A stretch of DNA of 64,000 nt from Octopus vulgaris (lineage: Eukaryota): contig OX597841.1 of assembly GCA_951406725.2 (NCBI GenBank), positions 21,576,001-21,640,000 on the forward strand, read 5' to 3'. The notes under the pieces are model-generated. The model searched no databases, had not been told where the DNA came from, and worked only from the letters and a program-made list of their open reading frames with translations. The position numbers were made by a program, and so were the translations under genes. Below, piece after piece: positions 63,490 through 64,000 of the stretch. Each line of letters begins with the position of its first letter. Position 1 is the first letter of the stretch.

Positions 63490-64000
63490 CTGTGGAAAAA
63501 AAAAGGAAAAAAAATACACATAAAAAAAACTGAGGCAGTTGGCACTGTTGATTGCTGGGAGAGGGGACAGACACACACCTATTGCCTATTTTTCTATCCT
63601 TGATTGCAATGGTTATCAAATGTCCCTACCAGCAATTCATATGTACACACCAGTTACCATGAAAGTGTTTATGTAAAAAGCAGCCTGTCCAATTGTACTA
63701 CACTAAATTTGGGGGTTATTTAAGCAATGTATGTGTGGATGGTTAACAGGTCAGATGTGGCACTGAAGAAACAGCAAAAACTCCAGACATGTGTATATAC
63801 ACCAATTACCTATTTTTCTATCTTTGTTATCTGTGGTTATCGGATGTCCCTACCAGTAATTAATATGTGTGTACCAGTTGCCAGGTGCATTTCACATGGC
63901 ATCAGGTAAGATGAGGCCCATTTCAGTATGGTCTTCACAGCTGGATGCCTTTCCAAATGCCAACCACCTTACAGAATGGACTGGATACTTTTTCCTTTTT

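Overview
Eukaryotic, AT-rich, repeat-saturated DNA. The SINE/LINE families and long (TA)n/(TACA)n tracts point to an octopus (coleoid cephalopod); this is an inference. Two spliced genes were reconstructed by hand on the minus strand. One is a complete 9-exon GUCD1 (CDS 831 nt, 276 aa; 38512->17069). The other is the last four coding exons of a WD40/SOCS-box WSB1-like gene (63489->57558). An ~8.6-kb block (30940-39563) recurs at 39664-48212 across a 100-N gap, most likely two haplotypes or overlapping contig ends. It duplicates GUCD1 exons 1-2, and the second exon 2 carries a +1 frameshift. The rest is tRNA-derived SINEs, RTE/BovB and CR1 LINE ends, mariner relics, piggyBac-type and other MITEs, Helitron-like elements, and mini/microsatellites. 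The most notable signal is about ten minimal type-I hammerhead ribozyme (HHR) motifs from several families, with compensatory stem-I changes and palindromic stem III. Most lie in Penelope-like termini and fold-back palindromes inside (TA)n tracts. One has a perfect core and one has a U3-A8 core variant. Also notable are tandem arrays of LINE 3' ends spaced by (TA)n. Exon and HHR coordinates were counted base by base; repeat boundaries are approximate. No database searches were run.
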